Part shown: positions 24,751 to 35,087 of the stretch, piece by piece
Position numbering within the stretch: the first letter of the stretch is position 1
Layout of the letters: every line of letters starts with the position of its first letter
Source of the DNA: Opitutia bacterium
Lineage (GTDB): Bacteria > Verrucomicrobiota > Verrucomicrobiia > Opitutales > Opitutaceae
Length of the DNA: 64,000 nt
Direction: 5' to 3'
Assembly: GCA_947478395.1 (NCBI GenBank)
Contig: CANJVR010000001.1
Span: forward strand, 384,001-448,000
Notes under the pieces: generated by a model
Databases searched by the model: none
What the model saw: only the letters and a program-made list of their open reading frames with translations
Told to the model about the DNA's origin: nothing
Position numbers and translations under genes: made by a program

Positions 24751-26247
24751 ATGTTGCACTCTTCCCACGAACCCCACGTGTCCGATCACTCGCATCTCGA
24801 CCAGCGCTGCCACGGCATCTCCACCGATCTCGAGGATTATTTTCTCACCCGTCGTCAATTTCTTTCCCGCGTCGGCATGGGTGTTGGTGCCCTCGGTTTG
24901 GCTTCACTGCTCCCGCAATCCCAACTTTTCGGGGCCGCCGCCTCCACGTCCGCGCTGAATCTCGGCCCTAGTCCCCTGCTTCCCAAGCCGCCCCACTTTC
25001 CCGGCAAAGCGAAGGCCATCATCCACATCTTCGCGCAGGGCGCTCCTTCGCATGTCGACACGTGGGATCCCAAACCAGCCCTGACTCGGATGAACAGCAA
25101 GACGCTGCCGGACGGCGGTATCGCGATGGGCTCGCCGTTCACTTTTTCAAAATACGGCCAGTCGCAGCTCGAAGTGAGCCAGGTGTTCGCTAAAACCGCC
25201 GCGCACGCGGATGACCTCGCCGTGATTCGCTCAATGTGGACCGATATTCCCGCGCACGACGTCGCGACCGTGTTCATGAACACCGGCTCGCTCCGCATCA
25301 TCAAGCCCAGCATGGGTTCGTGGCTCGTCTACGGCCTCGGCACGGAAAATCAAAATCTCCCCGGCTTCATCGCCCTCCGCGGCGGCAAATTGCCCACCGG
25401 CGGGTCGACCAACTATGGCTCGGCTTTTCTGCCTGGCACATTTCAAGGCGCCTCGGTCAACACCACGGCGCAGTCCGTGCAGCAGATGATCCAGAACATC
25501 CGCAATAGTTACGTGCCACCCAAGGAACAGCGGCGCCAGCTGGACTTCGTTCACCAGCTCAACGAGCTCCACGCGGAAAATCTGCAGCGCGAGTCCGCCC
25601 TCGAAACCCGGCTCGAATCGTACGAGATCGCTTTTCGCATGCAGACGGAGGCGACCGACGCGTTCGACATCTCCAAGGAATCCGCCGAAACTCGCGCCGC
25701 CTATGGCGTCGCCGATCGTCCGCGTCCCGGTGGTGGCGATCAAGGCAAGCAACTCTTGATTGCCCGCCGTCTCGTTGAACGCGGGGTTCGCGTGGTGCAG
25801 GTCTGGCACGATGGCTGGGATCATCACCAAGACCTCGAAGACCGCTTGACCGCCAAAGCCGGCGAAATCGACGGGCCGCTCGCCGCTCTCATCGGCGACC
25901 TTAGGCAGCGCGGACTGCTCGACAGCACTCTGGTGGTATGGGGCGGCGAGTTCGGCCGCAAATCCACCAAGGATCGAAACGGTTACGACAACCCCGGGCG
26001 CGATCACAACGCCAAGGCGTTCTCAGTCGTGATGGCCGGCGGAGGCGTCAAGGGCGGCACCGTCTATGGCGCCACCGACGACTTCGGCAGCGCGGCGGTG
26101 ACCAACAAAGTCCACGTGCACGATTTGCACGCGACGATGCTGCACGCCATGGGCCTCGATCACACGAAGCTCACCTATCGTTTCAACGGCCGCGACTTCC
26201 GCCTCACCGACGTCGCCGGCGAAGTGGTGAAACCCATTCTGGCCTAA
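24751..26247 (+). CDS. DUF1501 family protein
   Basis: TRRQFL Tat-like motif, GAPSHVDTWDPKP, ARRLVERGVR, WGGEFGR, GRDHN. Confidence 0.92.
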   Translation: MLHSSHEPHVSDHSHLDQRCHGISTDLEDYFLTRRQFLSRVGMGVGALGLASLLPQSQLFGAAASTSALNLGPSPLLPKPPHFPGKAKAIIHIFAQGAPSHVDTWDPKPALTRMNSKTLPDGGIAMGSPFTFSKYGQSQLEVSQVFAKTAAHADDLAVIRSMWTDIPAHDVATVFMNTGSLRIIKPSMGSWLVYGLGTENQNLPGFIALRGGKLPTGGSTNYGSAFLPGTFQGASVNTTAQSVQQMIQNIRNSYVPPKEQRRQLDFVHQLNELHAENLQRESALETRLESYEIAFRMQTEATDAFDISKESAETRAAYGVADRPRPGGGDQGKQLLIARRLVERGVRVVQVWHDGWDHHQDLEDRLTAKAGEIDGPLAALIGDLRQRGLLDSTLVVWGGEFGRKSTKDRNGYDNPGRDHNAKAFSVVMAGGGVKGGTVYGATDDFGSAAVTNKVHVHDLHATMLHAMGLDHTKLTYRFNGRDFRLTDVAGEVVKPILA

Positions 26248-26294
26248 ACGGTCGCGGTGCATCGCAACTGCGCCCGCAAAAACCCAAACGCGCC

Positions 26295-28892
26295 ATGTCA
26301 TCCCATTTCTCCAAAACGTCGCCTGCTCCCAACCCTCGCCCGCGCCTCGTTTTCCCGCTCCTGCTCGGACTTATTCTCACGACGTCCGCCTCGCTCCGCG
26401 CGGCGAACGCCGCGCCGGCTCCGACGCCCACCCTTTCCCCGGCCGACACCGCTTTTTTCGAAAATAAAATCCGGCCGGTCCTCGCGCAGAACTGCTTCAA
26501 GTGCCACAGCCACGACGCCGACCGGGTGAAGGGCGGTCTGCTGCTCGACTCCGCCCAAGGCCTCCTCGCCGGTGGCGACACCGGTCCGGCGATCATCCCC
26601 GGCCGACCCGATGCGAGTATTCTGATCAAAGCGATCAGCTACAAGGACGAGGAACTGCAGATGCCGCCGAAGGAAAAACTATCCGACGCGCAAATTGCCG
26701 ATCTCACCGAATGGGTCCGCCGGGGCGCCCCCGATCCCCGCAAGATCGCGTCGAAAACCAACGCCCCCGCTTCCGGCGGCGTCGGCAAAAATCACTGGGC
26801 TTTTCAGCCGGTGAAAAAGACCGCCGTGCCCTCCACCGCTACACCGGCCGACGCCGCGTGGTGTCTGACCCCGGTCGACAACTTCATTCTCGCGAAGCTC
26901 GAGGACCACGGCATGACGCCCAACCCTGCCGCCGATAAACGCACGCTCATCCGCCGCGTGACCTTCGATCTCACGGGTCTGCCGCCCACCGATGCGGAGA
27001 TCGCACGGTTTCTTACCGATCCCTCCGCCGATGCGTACCCCAAACTCGTCGACCGCCTGCTCGCCTCCCCCCACTACGGCGAACGCTGGGGTCGTTACTG
27101 GCTCGATGTGGTGCGCTACGCCGACACGAAGGGCGACGCCAAAGGCCGCGAAGATCTCCGATACCCTCACGCGTGGACTTACCGCGACTACGTGATCGAC
27201 GCCTTGAATCAGGACAAGCCGTACAACGAGTTCATCATCGATCAACTGGCCGCCGATCGCGTACTCGACGAGAGCCTAAAAAAAGCCCGCGAGAAAAATC
27301 CGACCGCCGCGCCGGCCGTCGATCAGCGTTCGCGCGCCGCGCTGGGCTTTCTTTCGCTTGGCAACAAATTCGATGGCAATGTGAACGACATCATCAACGA
27401 CCGCATCGACGTCACCTGCAAAGCGTTCCTCGGGCTCACCGTCACCTGCGCCCGCTGTCACGATCACAAATTCGATCCCATTCCGACGAAGGATTACTAT
27501 TCGCTCTACGGTGTCTTCGCCAATGTCGTCGAACCGAAGTTTTCCCGCGAGCAGCCGACGCTGTTCACCCGGGTTCCCAAGACCGCCGACTTGATCGACT
27601 ATCTGGCAAAAGCCGACGCGCTCAAAAAGCGGCAGGACGATCTTCAAGCCGAGATCGCAGCGGCACCTAAAGGCAAGAACGTCGATCGCGCGAAACAGAA
27701 AGAATTCAGGAACACCGAACAGCTCATTCAGCGCGAAACAGCCGATCTCGAAATCACCCACCCCGGCGCCCCCGCCCGCGCCAATGTCGTGGACGATGTC
27801 CCCCGTTCCCGCGACTACCCCGTGCTCCTGCGCGGTGAAGCCCAGAACAAAGGCGACGTCGTTCCGCGGCGTTTCCTCGAGGTACTCTCGCCCGATCCCA
27901 AGAAGCGGCCTGAGTGGCACGACGGCAGCGGACGCCTCCAGCTGGCGATGGCCATTGCCGATCCGAAAAATCCGATGACCGCGCGCGTTCTCGTGAATCG
28001 CGTCTGGCAGCAACACTTCGGCGAAGGCTTCGTCGCCACGCCCGACGACCTCGGCAATATGTCATCCCCGCCCACGCATCCCGAATTGCTGGATTACCTG
28101 GCCACTCGTTTCATCGAGGGCGGCTGGTCCATCAAGAATCTCCACCGACTGATCGTCCTCAGCGCGACGTATCAGGAAAGCACCGTCAACAACCCTAAGT
28201 TCGCGGAACAGGATCCGAACAACCGCTATCACTGGCGCGCCAATCTCCGTCGCCTCGATTTCGAGGAGCTGCATGACTCACTCCTCGCGATCGCCGGCAC
28301 GCTCGACCCCAAAGTGGGCGGCAAATCGATCCCGCTGGGCAGCGAGGAATTCGCCACCCGTCGTGCGATCTACACTTATATGGACCGGCACAATCCGCCG
28401 GAATTGCTCACCCAATTCGATTTTCCCAATCCGGATGTGCCGAGCGGCCGTCGGTACGAAACGATCGTTCCCGCCCAAGCTCTGTTTCTCATGAACAGTC
28501 CGCTGGTCGTCGAAACGGCGCGCAAACTCACTCATCGCCCGGAATTCGCCGACTTAAAAACCGACAGCGAACGCGTCACGTCGCTCTACCTCGCCATCTA
28601 CCAGCGCCCACCCACGCCGAGAGAAATCGAACTCGGAGTCGGCTACGTAAAAGCCAACCCCGCCGGCAAAGCCCTGGATCTGCCCATACCCATCGCGATG
28701 GCGAACGCTCAAGAGGCCCGCCGAAAACAGCGACTCGCGCAACAGGCCGCCGCCGGTGCCGGCAAAGGCCGCGCGCCGGATAACCGCCCGCCCGGCGGTT
28801 TCGCCCTCAACGATTCCCACGCCCCCGAGGACGCGTGGACGAAACTCGCCCACGCTCTCTTCCAAACCAACGAGGCGATGTTTCTGAACTAG
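26295..28892 (+). CDS. PSD1/PSCyt planctomycete-type cytochrome c domain protein (DUF1549/DUF1553)
   Basis: CFKCH and CARCHDHKFDP motifs, YGERWGRYWLD, NPMTARVLVNRVW. Confidence 0.92.
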   Translation: MSSHFSKTSPAPNPRPRLVFPLLLGLILTTSASLRAANAAPAPTPTLSPADTAFFENKIRPVLAQNCFKCHSHDADRVKGGLLLDSAQGLLAGGDTGPAIIPGRPDASILIKAISYKDEELQMPPKEKLSDAQIADLTEWVRRGAPDPRKIASKTNAPASGGVGKNHWAFQPVKKTAVPSTATPADAAWCLTPVDNFILAKLEDHGMTPNPAADKRTLIRRVTFDLTGLPPTDAEIARFLTDPSADAYPKLVDRLLASPHYGERWGRYWLDVVRYADTKGDAKGREDLRYPHAWTYRDYVIDALNQDKPYNEFIIDQLAADRVLDESLKKAREKNPTAAPAVDQRSRAALGFLSLGNKFDGNVNDIINDRIDVTCKAFLGLTVTCARCHDHKFDPIPTKDYYSLYGVFANVVEPKFSREQPTLFTRVPKTADLIDYLAKADALKKRQDDLQAEIAAAPKGKNVDRAKQKEFRNTEQLIQRETADLEITHPGAPARANVVDDVPRSRDYPVLLRGEAQNKGDVVPRRFLEVLSPDPKKRPEWHDGSGRLQLAMAIADPKNPMTARVLVNRVWQQHFGEGFVATPDDLGNMSSPPTHPELLDYLATRFIEGGWSIKNLHRLIVLSATYQESTVNNPKFAEQDPNNRYHWRANLRRLDFEELHDSLLAIAGTLDPKVGGKSIPLGSEEFATRRAIYTYMDRHNPPELLTQFDFPNPDVPSGRRYETIVPAQALFLMNSPLVVETARKLTHRPEFADLKTDSERVTSLYLAIYQRPPTPREIELGVGYVKANPAGKALDLPIPIAMANAQEARRKQRLAQQAAAGAGKGRAPDNRPPGGFALNDSHAPEDAWTKLAHALFQTNEAMFLN

Positions 28893-29108
28893 ATAGCGGC
28901 GCGACCTCGCTCCGGTCGCGTCTCACCACCGTCATCACTCCCGTCTAATCCGCGGACCTTTTGGCCCCAAGAAAGACGCACCCGATGAGCACGCCGGAGC
29001 CAGCGGAGATCTTTGCAACTTTCCGTGACTGAAATTCCGAAGTCGGAAATCTGGCCCGCGCGAAAGCCGCCGACGGTCTCACGGTCTACGGGTTTAAACA
29101 CGCACCCA

Positions 29109-30392
29109 TCAGATTTTCCGCCGCAACACCGCGCCGCCCTTTGTCGCGTCGTATGCTCCATCCCACTTCGCCACCACCAGCGTCGCCACGGCGTTGCCAA
29201 TGAAATTCGTAACCGCCCGCGCTTCCGACATGAAACGGTCCACCCCCAAAATCAGCGCCATGCCCTCGATCGGCACGTGCTTCGTCGCGCCCAACGTCGC
29301 CGCCAGCGTGATGAAGCCGGCGCCGGTCACCCCGGCCGAACCTTTCGACGTAATCAGCAACACACCCAGCAAGCCGAGCTGTTGGGACAACGATAGCGAC
29401 GTGTCCGTGGCCTGTGCCACATACAGTGCGGCGATCGTCAGGTAAATCGACGTGCCGTCTAAATTAAACGAGTAACCCGCCGGCACCACGATCCCCACCA
29501 CGGGACGCGCACAGCCCGCGTGTTCCATTTTTTCCATGAGACCAGGCAAGGCGGACTCTGAAGACGAAGTGCCCACGACGATGAACAGCTCCTCTCGGAT
29601 CAGTTTCACAATTTTCAATAGGCTGAATCCGTTGAGCCGCGCGATCGTTCCCAGCACGATCACGATAAACAGCCCGCAGGTCAGATAAACGCAGGCCAGC
29701 AAACCCGCGAGCGAGCGCAACGAACCAAGGCCATATTTTCCAACGGTGAAAGCCATCGCGCCCAACGCCGCCAGCGGCGCCAGCTTGGTCACGATCGAAA
29801 CGATCCCGAAAATCACCCGCGAAACCTCGTTGATCAGATTCATCACCGGCCGGCCGTGTTCGCCGATTTTCCCCAGGGCGATTCCAAAAAGAATCGCGAG
29901 CAGGAGGACCTGAAGAATTTCCCCCTCGGCAAATGCGCCCACAAACGTGTTCGGAATGATGTGGAGGAAAAACTCCGTCATCGACTGCCCTTCCGCCGCT
30001 TTCGTGAAGCCCGCGACGGACTTCGCGTCGAGCGACGCCACGTTGGCGTGCACGCCGGCGCCGGGCTTAAATACGTTCGCGACAACGAGCCCGATCACGA
30101 GCGCCAGGGTCGAAACGATTTCAAAATAAAGCAGCGCCTTGGCCCCGACGCGTCCGACTTTTTTCAAGTCGCCCATGCCAGCGAGCCCGACGACGACGGT
30201 CGCGAAGATGATCGGCGCGATCAGCATCTTCACGAGCTTGATGAAACCGTCGCCCAGCGGCTTGAGCGACGTCCCGAATTCCGGCCACACGTGGCCCACG
30301 GTCACGCCAATCGCGATCGCGACGAGCACCTGCAAATAAAGGGTACTGCGTTTCGGCGGCGAGGCATCGGCCACGGCGGGAGCGGGGTGCAT
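29109..30392 (-). CDS. dctA: C4-dicarboxylate:H+ symporter
   Basis: [41 protein letters not shown]. Confidence 0.95.
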   Translation of the reverse strand: MHPAPAVADASPPKRSTLYLQVLVAIAIGVTVGHVWPEFGTSLKPLGDGFIKLVKMLIAPIIFATVVVGLAGMGDLKKVGRVGAKALLYFEIVSTLALVIGLVVANVFKPGAGVHANVASLDAKSVAGFTKAAEGQSMTEFFLHIIPNTFVGAFAEGEILQVLLLAILFGIALGKIGEHGRPVMNLINEVSRVIFGIVSIVTKLAPLAALGAMAFTVGKYGLGSLRSLAGLLACVYLTCGLFIVIVLGTIARLNGFSLLKIVKLIREELFIVVGTSSSESALPGLMEKMEHAGCARPVVGIVVPAGYSFNLDGTSIYLTIAALYVAQATDTSLSLSQQLGLLGVLLITSKGSAGVTGAGFITLAATLGATKHVPIEGMALILGVDRFMSEARAVTNFIGNAVATLVVAKWDGAYDATKGGAVLRRKI

Positions 30393-30628
30393 CGCTCAAC
30401 AATGGAGCGGGCGCATGCGGAGACGTCAAAAACTTTACGGATCGGGATCGACACCTAGGGCGGACGGCCCCGGCTCGCCGCGCGCTCGGTTTGTGCTGGT
30501 TCGCCGCGGGCGATCAGGCCGCCTCCCGTTCACGAGATGATCAGGCTGACTGACCCACGAAGATACCTTGGATTCGCATTTAACAATCGGCCCGCTTTCC
30601 GGCTGCATGCGTGGCAACGTTCAACCCC

Positions 30629-31375
30629 ATGAAATTTCCCGCACTGGTCGTTTTTCTCAGCGCATTTGTTTTTCATCTCGCGGCCCAGCCGACACCCGTG
30701 CCGGTCGCCCCACCCGTCGCGTCTTCGGCTGATGCCGGTTTTGTGGCCATCTTCGACGGTCACACGCTCGCAGGTTGGGAGGGCGATCCCAAATACTGGC
30801 ACGTGGAAAACGGCTGCATCGTCGGCGAAGTCACACCTGAAACGATTCTAAAGCAAAATACGTTTATCATCTGGCGCGGCGGCGTCACCCGCGACTTCGA
30901 GCTCAAGGTGCAGTATCGCATCACCTCGCACGGCAACAGCGGCATCAATTACCGCAGTACCGCCGTGCCCGACGTCCCGCTCGCCCTGCGTGGCTACCAA
31001 TTCGATATCGACGGCCTCGAGCGCAACAAGCCGCCACTCCGGCACACCGGCCAGAATTACGAGGAGCGCGGCCGTACTTTTCTCGCCCGGAGAGGAGAAG
31101 CCGTGCACATCGACGACTCGGCCAAGCCCGCGGTGATCGCTTCGCTCGGCGACACCGCCGCGCTCACTAGCTTCATCAACAACGACGGTTGGAACGACGT
31201 TCACATCATCGCGCGCGGCAACGTGCTCACGCACATCTTAAACGGCCACGTGATGAGTATCACCATCGACGACGATGTGAAAAATCGCCGCGCCGACGGT
31301 CTGCTCGGGGTGCAAGTTCACGTCGGACCACCCATGAAGGTAGAGTTCCGGGATTTCCGGCTGAAGGCGTTGTAA
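30629..31375 (+). CDS. DUF1080 (3-keto-disaccharide hydrolase-like) exported protein
   Basis: Signal peptide; FDGHTLAGW, GNSGINYR, GYQFDI, GVQVH...VEFRD. Confidence 0.88.
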   Translation: MKFPALVVFLSAFVFHLAAQPTPVPVAPPVASSADAGFVAIFDGHTLAGWEGDPKYWHVENGCIVGEVTPETILKQNTFIIWRGGVTRDFELKVQYRITSHGNSGINYRSTAVPDVPLALRGYQFDIDGLERNKPPLRHTGQNYEERGRTFLARRGEAVHIDDSAKPAVIASLGDTAALTSFINNDGWNDVHIIARGNVLTHILNGHVMSITIDDDVKNRRADGLLGVQVHVGPPMKVEFRDFRLKAL

Positions 31376-31425
31376 CGCCGAACCGAGCCGCAATAGCGGT
31401 TCAAATTTTTCCGCTACCGTTTTGG

Positions 31426-31495
31426 GTGGCGGCAGGCGTCTCTGCCTGCCGAGTTCGGTGTCCTCGTTGCGACAGGCTGGGCCGCCTGCCACTGC
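31426..31495. repeat. REP-like doublet, family A
   Basis: GTGGCGGCAGGCGTCTCTGCCTGCCG with a degenerate inverted copy at 31470-31495; same family as 56608-56677. Confidence 0.7.
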
Positions 31496-31565
31496 GGCGC
31501 TAGCAGCGGCGCTTTGGTTTAAACCGCTCTCCGCCTCCACGCTCACTCGCTCGCGCCGACACCGG

Positions 31566-32369
31566 TCACGTCTTGTCGGCCACGAACGCTTCCATCTCTG
31601 CCCGAGTCACGCTGTAGCGCGCGGCGCAGCGCGGACACCTGATTTCGATTTTAACCTCCCCGGCGAACAATTCCGCTGCGTCGCTACGCATTGCGGGCGA
31701 GAGGACCTCGAGCATGCGCTCCTGATTACAGCCGCAATGCCAGCGCACGATCCGAGTTTCCAGGGGTGAAAGCGTTTCCGTCTTATCCAAGTCACGGACT
31801 TGCTCTGTCGTCAGACTGCGCAGCCAGCCGAGATCGCTGTCGGGGTGCTCGACGACCAACGCGAATTCCTCCTCTTCCGTTTGAAAATACCGGCCCAGTC
31901 GCTGCTCGCTCTGGGCATAGAATTTTTCCACCGCCAGCAGCGGATCGCCCCCGGTGAAATTCACGGCGCTGCGCCGTTTCGGTTCCCGGCCTCGAACGAC
32001 GTCGGAATAAAAAACGTTTTCCGGTAATTCGCGCACATTTTCAGCAAAGATCCTTCCCGCCACCGCGCTCGTTTCATTATCACCGGTGATAAACAAATTC
32101 AGGCGCGGCTCTTGAAAATTCATGGTCCAGGCCGTCAGCTCGTTCCGCGGTCGGGACGCCGTGTGCAGCACGAAGGCGGCAAGCCCGCGCTTGAACAGCG
32201 CGTCATGCTCGGGCGCAGGCTTTATCCCGTTCGCGGCGAGGTGCAGATAGTAGTCGACAAAAAGTTCGCTGAGGTGAGCGCGGGCCAGGAGTACATTTCG
32301 ACTCCGCACAAAATTCGTGCGGATCTCGAGCCCGGCGTCGGCGGTATTAACCGGAGTAAATTTAGGCAT
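31566..32369 (-). CDS. hslO: Hsp33 family redox-regulated chaperone
   Basis: FYAQSEQ motif and C-terminal CGC...CPRC zinc site; ATG at 32369. Confidence 0.85.
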   Translation of the reverse strand: MPKFTPVNTADAGLEIRTNFVRSRNVLLARAHLSELFVDYYLHLAANGIKPAPEHDALFKRGLAAFVLHTASRPRNELTAWTMNFQEPRLNLFITGDNETSAVAGRIFAENVRELPENVFYSDVVRGREPKRRSAVNFTGGDPLLAVEKFYAQSEQRLGRYFQTEEEEFALVVEHPDSDLGWLRSLTTEQVRDLDKTETLSPLETRIVRWHCGCNQERMLEVLSPAMRSDAAELFAGEVKIEIRCPRCAARYSVTRAEMEAFVADKT

Positions 32370-32574
32370 GACGGGAACGTTAGCTGGAAAAATCCAATGT
32401 CGAACGCGGATGCAAACCTGTCCGGCTTTCGTTGATAAACGGAGCGCGCCAGAGCGCTGACCTGCGGGCGGCCGGCTCTTTGGATTTAGCTGGTTCGACC
32501 GCGCCGCCAAACTTTGCGGTTTCGGTTTACGCGATTGCCACATCCGGGAAAGGTCTAATGAATCCACCGCACAA

Positions 32575-33495
32575 ATGGCAAAAAACCCCGCTCTCGCAGT
32601 AGAGGAAGAATTCTCCCTTCCGCTTTTCTTGTTCACGGTCATCGCTTCGCTCGCCGGTCTCGTCGTCCTATTGTGGCTGATCGCCCCTAGCGCTGTTTGG
32701 TCCGCCCAGATTTCCTCCGGTCCGGGCCGCTTCGTTGCGGTGTTCCTCGGCATCACCATGTTAAACTGCTTCGCCGAATTCGCGTTTCACCGCTACGTGC
32801 TGCACAAGCCGGTGGTGCCTTTCCTCAGCCGCTTCTACCGTCAGCACACGCTGCATCACTCGCTGACACGCATCGGCCGCCGCCGCACTCCGGGTGGCAG
32901 CGACGTCCCCTTTGTCGAAAACATCTATCCGGTGACGCAGCCTGAGCAAGGCGAGGCTTCGTTTTTTCCTTGGTACACGCTCGCGGTATTTGCCGCGGTC
33001 GTGACTCCGCTGCTGGCGCTCGGGCAATGGCTCGCGCCGGCGTTCCCGTGGTTTTTCGGTGGATATGCCGCCCTGTCCGCGTCGCTCGCGCTCTACGAGA
33101 TTTTCCACGCAATCGAACACTGGTCCTTTGAACGTTGGGCGCCGCTCATCGAACACCCGCAGCTCGGCTGGTTCTGGCGCAAAGCTTACAGCTTCCATCT
33201 CCGGCATCACGCTGTGATCGATTGCAACGAAGCCATCTCCGGCTTCTTCACCCTGCCCGTGGCCGACTGGGTCTTCGGCACATTCATCTTGCCGAAATCG
33301 CTCTACGTCAACGGCTCCGACTGGCAGGCGGCGGATTTCATCAGCCCGCGCCCCTACGCTTTCATCCGCTGGTGTGATGCCAGAACCGACGCGATGGTGA
33401 AAAACCGCCGCCAGACGAAAGCGACCGCCGGCGGAAAGCCCGTCGACGACCTGGAGTCAGCCGGGGCGACCACGACCCGCGCGGGCAACAGTTAA
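32575..33495 (+). CDS. Fatty acid hydroxylase/sterol desaturase superfamily membrane protein
   Basis: His boxes HRYVLH, HTLHH, HAIEH, HLRHH and TM segments. Confidence 0.8.
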   Translation: MAKNPALAVEEEFSLPLFLFTVIASLAGLVVLLWLIAPSAVWSAQISSGPGRFVAVFLGITMLNCFAEFAFHRYVLHKPVVPFLSRFYRQHTLHHSLTRIGRRRTPGGSDVPFVENIYPVTQPEQGEASFFPWYTLAVFAAVVTPLLALGQWLAPAFPWFFGGYAALSASLALYEIFHAIEHWSFERWAPLIEHPQLGWFWRKAYSFHLRHHAVIDCNEAISGFFTLPVADWVFGTFILPKSLYVNGSDWQAADFISPRPYAFIRWCDARTDAMVKNRRQTKATAGGKPVDDLESAGATTTRAGNS

Positions 33496-33652
33496 AGTTA
33501 AATGGAGCCTGCGGCCAGGACCTGCACGCGGGACCGGTTGAACAAGTTAGCGTCGCGGAGAACGATTGGGCGAATCACGCGGCGCAACTGAAAGCTCCTG
33601 ACCAGCGTTTCGAAGTTATTGCGCTGGCCGGAAAGCAGCACAGGGTCGCGGG

Positions 33653-33907
33653 ATGGATTGTCGCCACGGTTGCGGCGCGTGCTGCATCGCGCCGAGTATC
33701 AGCTCCCCAATTCCGGGCATGCCTCAGGGCAAACCGGCGGGCGTTCGCTGCGTGCAACTGCTCGCAGATTTTCGCTGCGCGCTCTTCGGCCGGCCGGAAC
33801 GACCCGCCGTTTGTCTAAGCCTACGACCGATGGAAGACATGTGCGGAACAACCCGCGGGGACGCGCTGGCCTTTCTCGTCGCGCTTGAAATTGCAACGGC
33901 ACCTTGA
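33653..33907 (+). CDS. YkgJ family cysteine cluster protein
   Basis: CRHGCGACC...C...C...RPAVC. Confidence 0.9.
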   Translation: MDCRHGCGACCIAPSISSPIPGMPQGKPAGVRCVQLLADFRCALFGRPERPAVCLSLRPMEDMCGTTRGDALAFLVALEIATAP

Positions 33908-34010
33908 CCGCGCCTCCGCGCGAAAAAATATGGCTTCCCACGAGCGCCCACCCTTCCCTCTCTTTCCTCCGGTCTCTTTAGCCGCCGCCGGCCATTCACT
34001 CACTCAGGCC

Positions 34011-34925
34011 ATGAAACGGATAATTTTTCTGCTCGCGAGCTGCCTGCTCGCCCTCGCCCCAGCGATGGGCGCCGACAAACCGGCCGCTGGCTCGAAAGTG
34101 CAGCGCGGCTTGGAGGTGCTAATCGCGGCCGACGCCATCGCGTCCCCCGAAGGCTTCCGGCCGGAACCAGGCCATCCCATTCATTATGTTTTTGGCCAGA
34201 GCCGTCTCACGATCGGCGATCCGGTCGCGGGCGTTAAGCTCCCCGAACCCGCCGCGGTCGAGCAGGCCGTCACGGCTGAACTCGCCAAACAAGGATTCGT
34301 TCGCACTAAAGTCGGCGGTCCGATGCCGGAGCTTTTCATCCTGGCCATTGTCGGCGACGCCAATTTTGAGGAACCGACCTCAGACCCCGCCGAGATGGAG
34401 CCTTACATCGCATTGGTAAACCAGCGGCGCATCGTCCAGGATCATCCCGAAGCTCAAAGCAATCCGGACCTGCTCGAACAATTGATCTACAACGAAGCGA
34501 TTCGCATTCGCTATCAGCAAAGCCTCCGGTTGGCCGACAAACCAAAAATCGAAGCGCTGTTAGGGGCGACCAAGGTAACGCGCGCGGTGAAGAACGGAAC
34601 GATGATGCCGGATGCCGCCGACCGCGTGGCCTGGGCGGCGTACGAGAATCGCTACTATGTTTCGGTCAATGCCTTCGACGCGGCGAAATACGCGAAGAAG
34701 GAAAAGGTGCTGCTGTGGCGCACCAACCTGTTCATCGACTGGCGCAACGATCTGGCTCTGGCCCTGCCGGCGATGCTGGCGCAGGCCGGGCCCCTATTTG
34801 GAACCGACGTGGCCGTGCCAACGTTTGTCGACGACCGCGATCGCAAGAAGGCTGACGTCAAGATCGGCGAAGCCACGGTGGTGCCGGATGCTAAGACCGC
34901 CGTGCCGGTGGAGACCAAAAAGTAG
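34011..34925 (+). CDS. Exported hypothetical protein
   Basis: Signal peptide MKRIIFLLASCLLALAPAMG; coherent 304-aa ORF. Confidence 0.75.
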   Translation: MKRIIFLLASCLLALAPAMGADKPAAGSKVQRGLEVLIAADAIASPEGFRPEPGHPIHYVFGQSRLTIGDPVAGVKLPEPAAVEQAVTAELAKQGFVRTKVGGPMPELFILAIVGDANFEEPTSDPAEMEPYIALVNQRRIVQDHPEAQSNPDLLEQLIYNEAIRIRYQQSLRLADKPKIEALLGATKVTRAVKNGTMMPDAADRVAWAAYENRYYVSVNAFDAAKYAKKEKVLLWRTNLFIDWRNDLALALPAMLAQAGPLFGTDVAVPTFVDDRDRKKADVKIGEATVVPDAKTAVPVETKK

Positions 34926-35087
34926 CGCGCGACCACCGGCGCCGCCGAGCTGACTTCAAGCGGTCCCGCTTGAGACGGGTGCCCAACGGGCGGGATGGGT
35001 GCGCCCCCGGCGCCAACCAAAAACCGCCGTCCCAAACCCCCGGGTTAGTTCGCTTGCCGGATTTACGGCGCGCGCTTGAGTCACCGC

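Noticed and set aside
25938..26294. N-terminal extension of the PSD1 ORF; similar upstream starts for rplA, lemA, hslO, dUTPase, the second permease and the TPR gene
   Set aside because: The extensions overlap neighbouring genes or spacers and lack family similarity; downstream ATGs give the expected N-termini.
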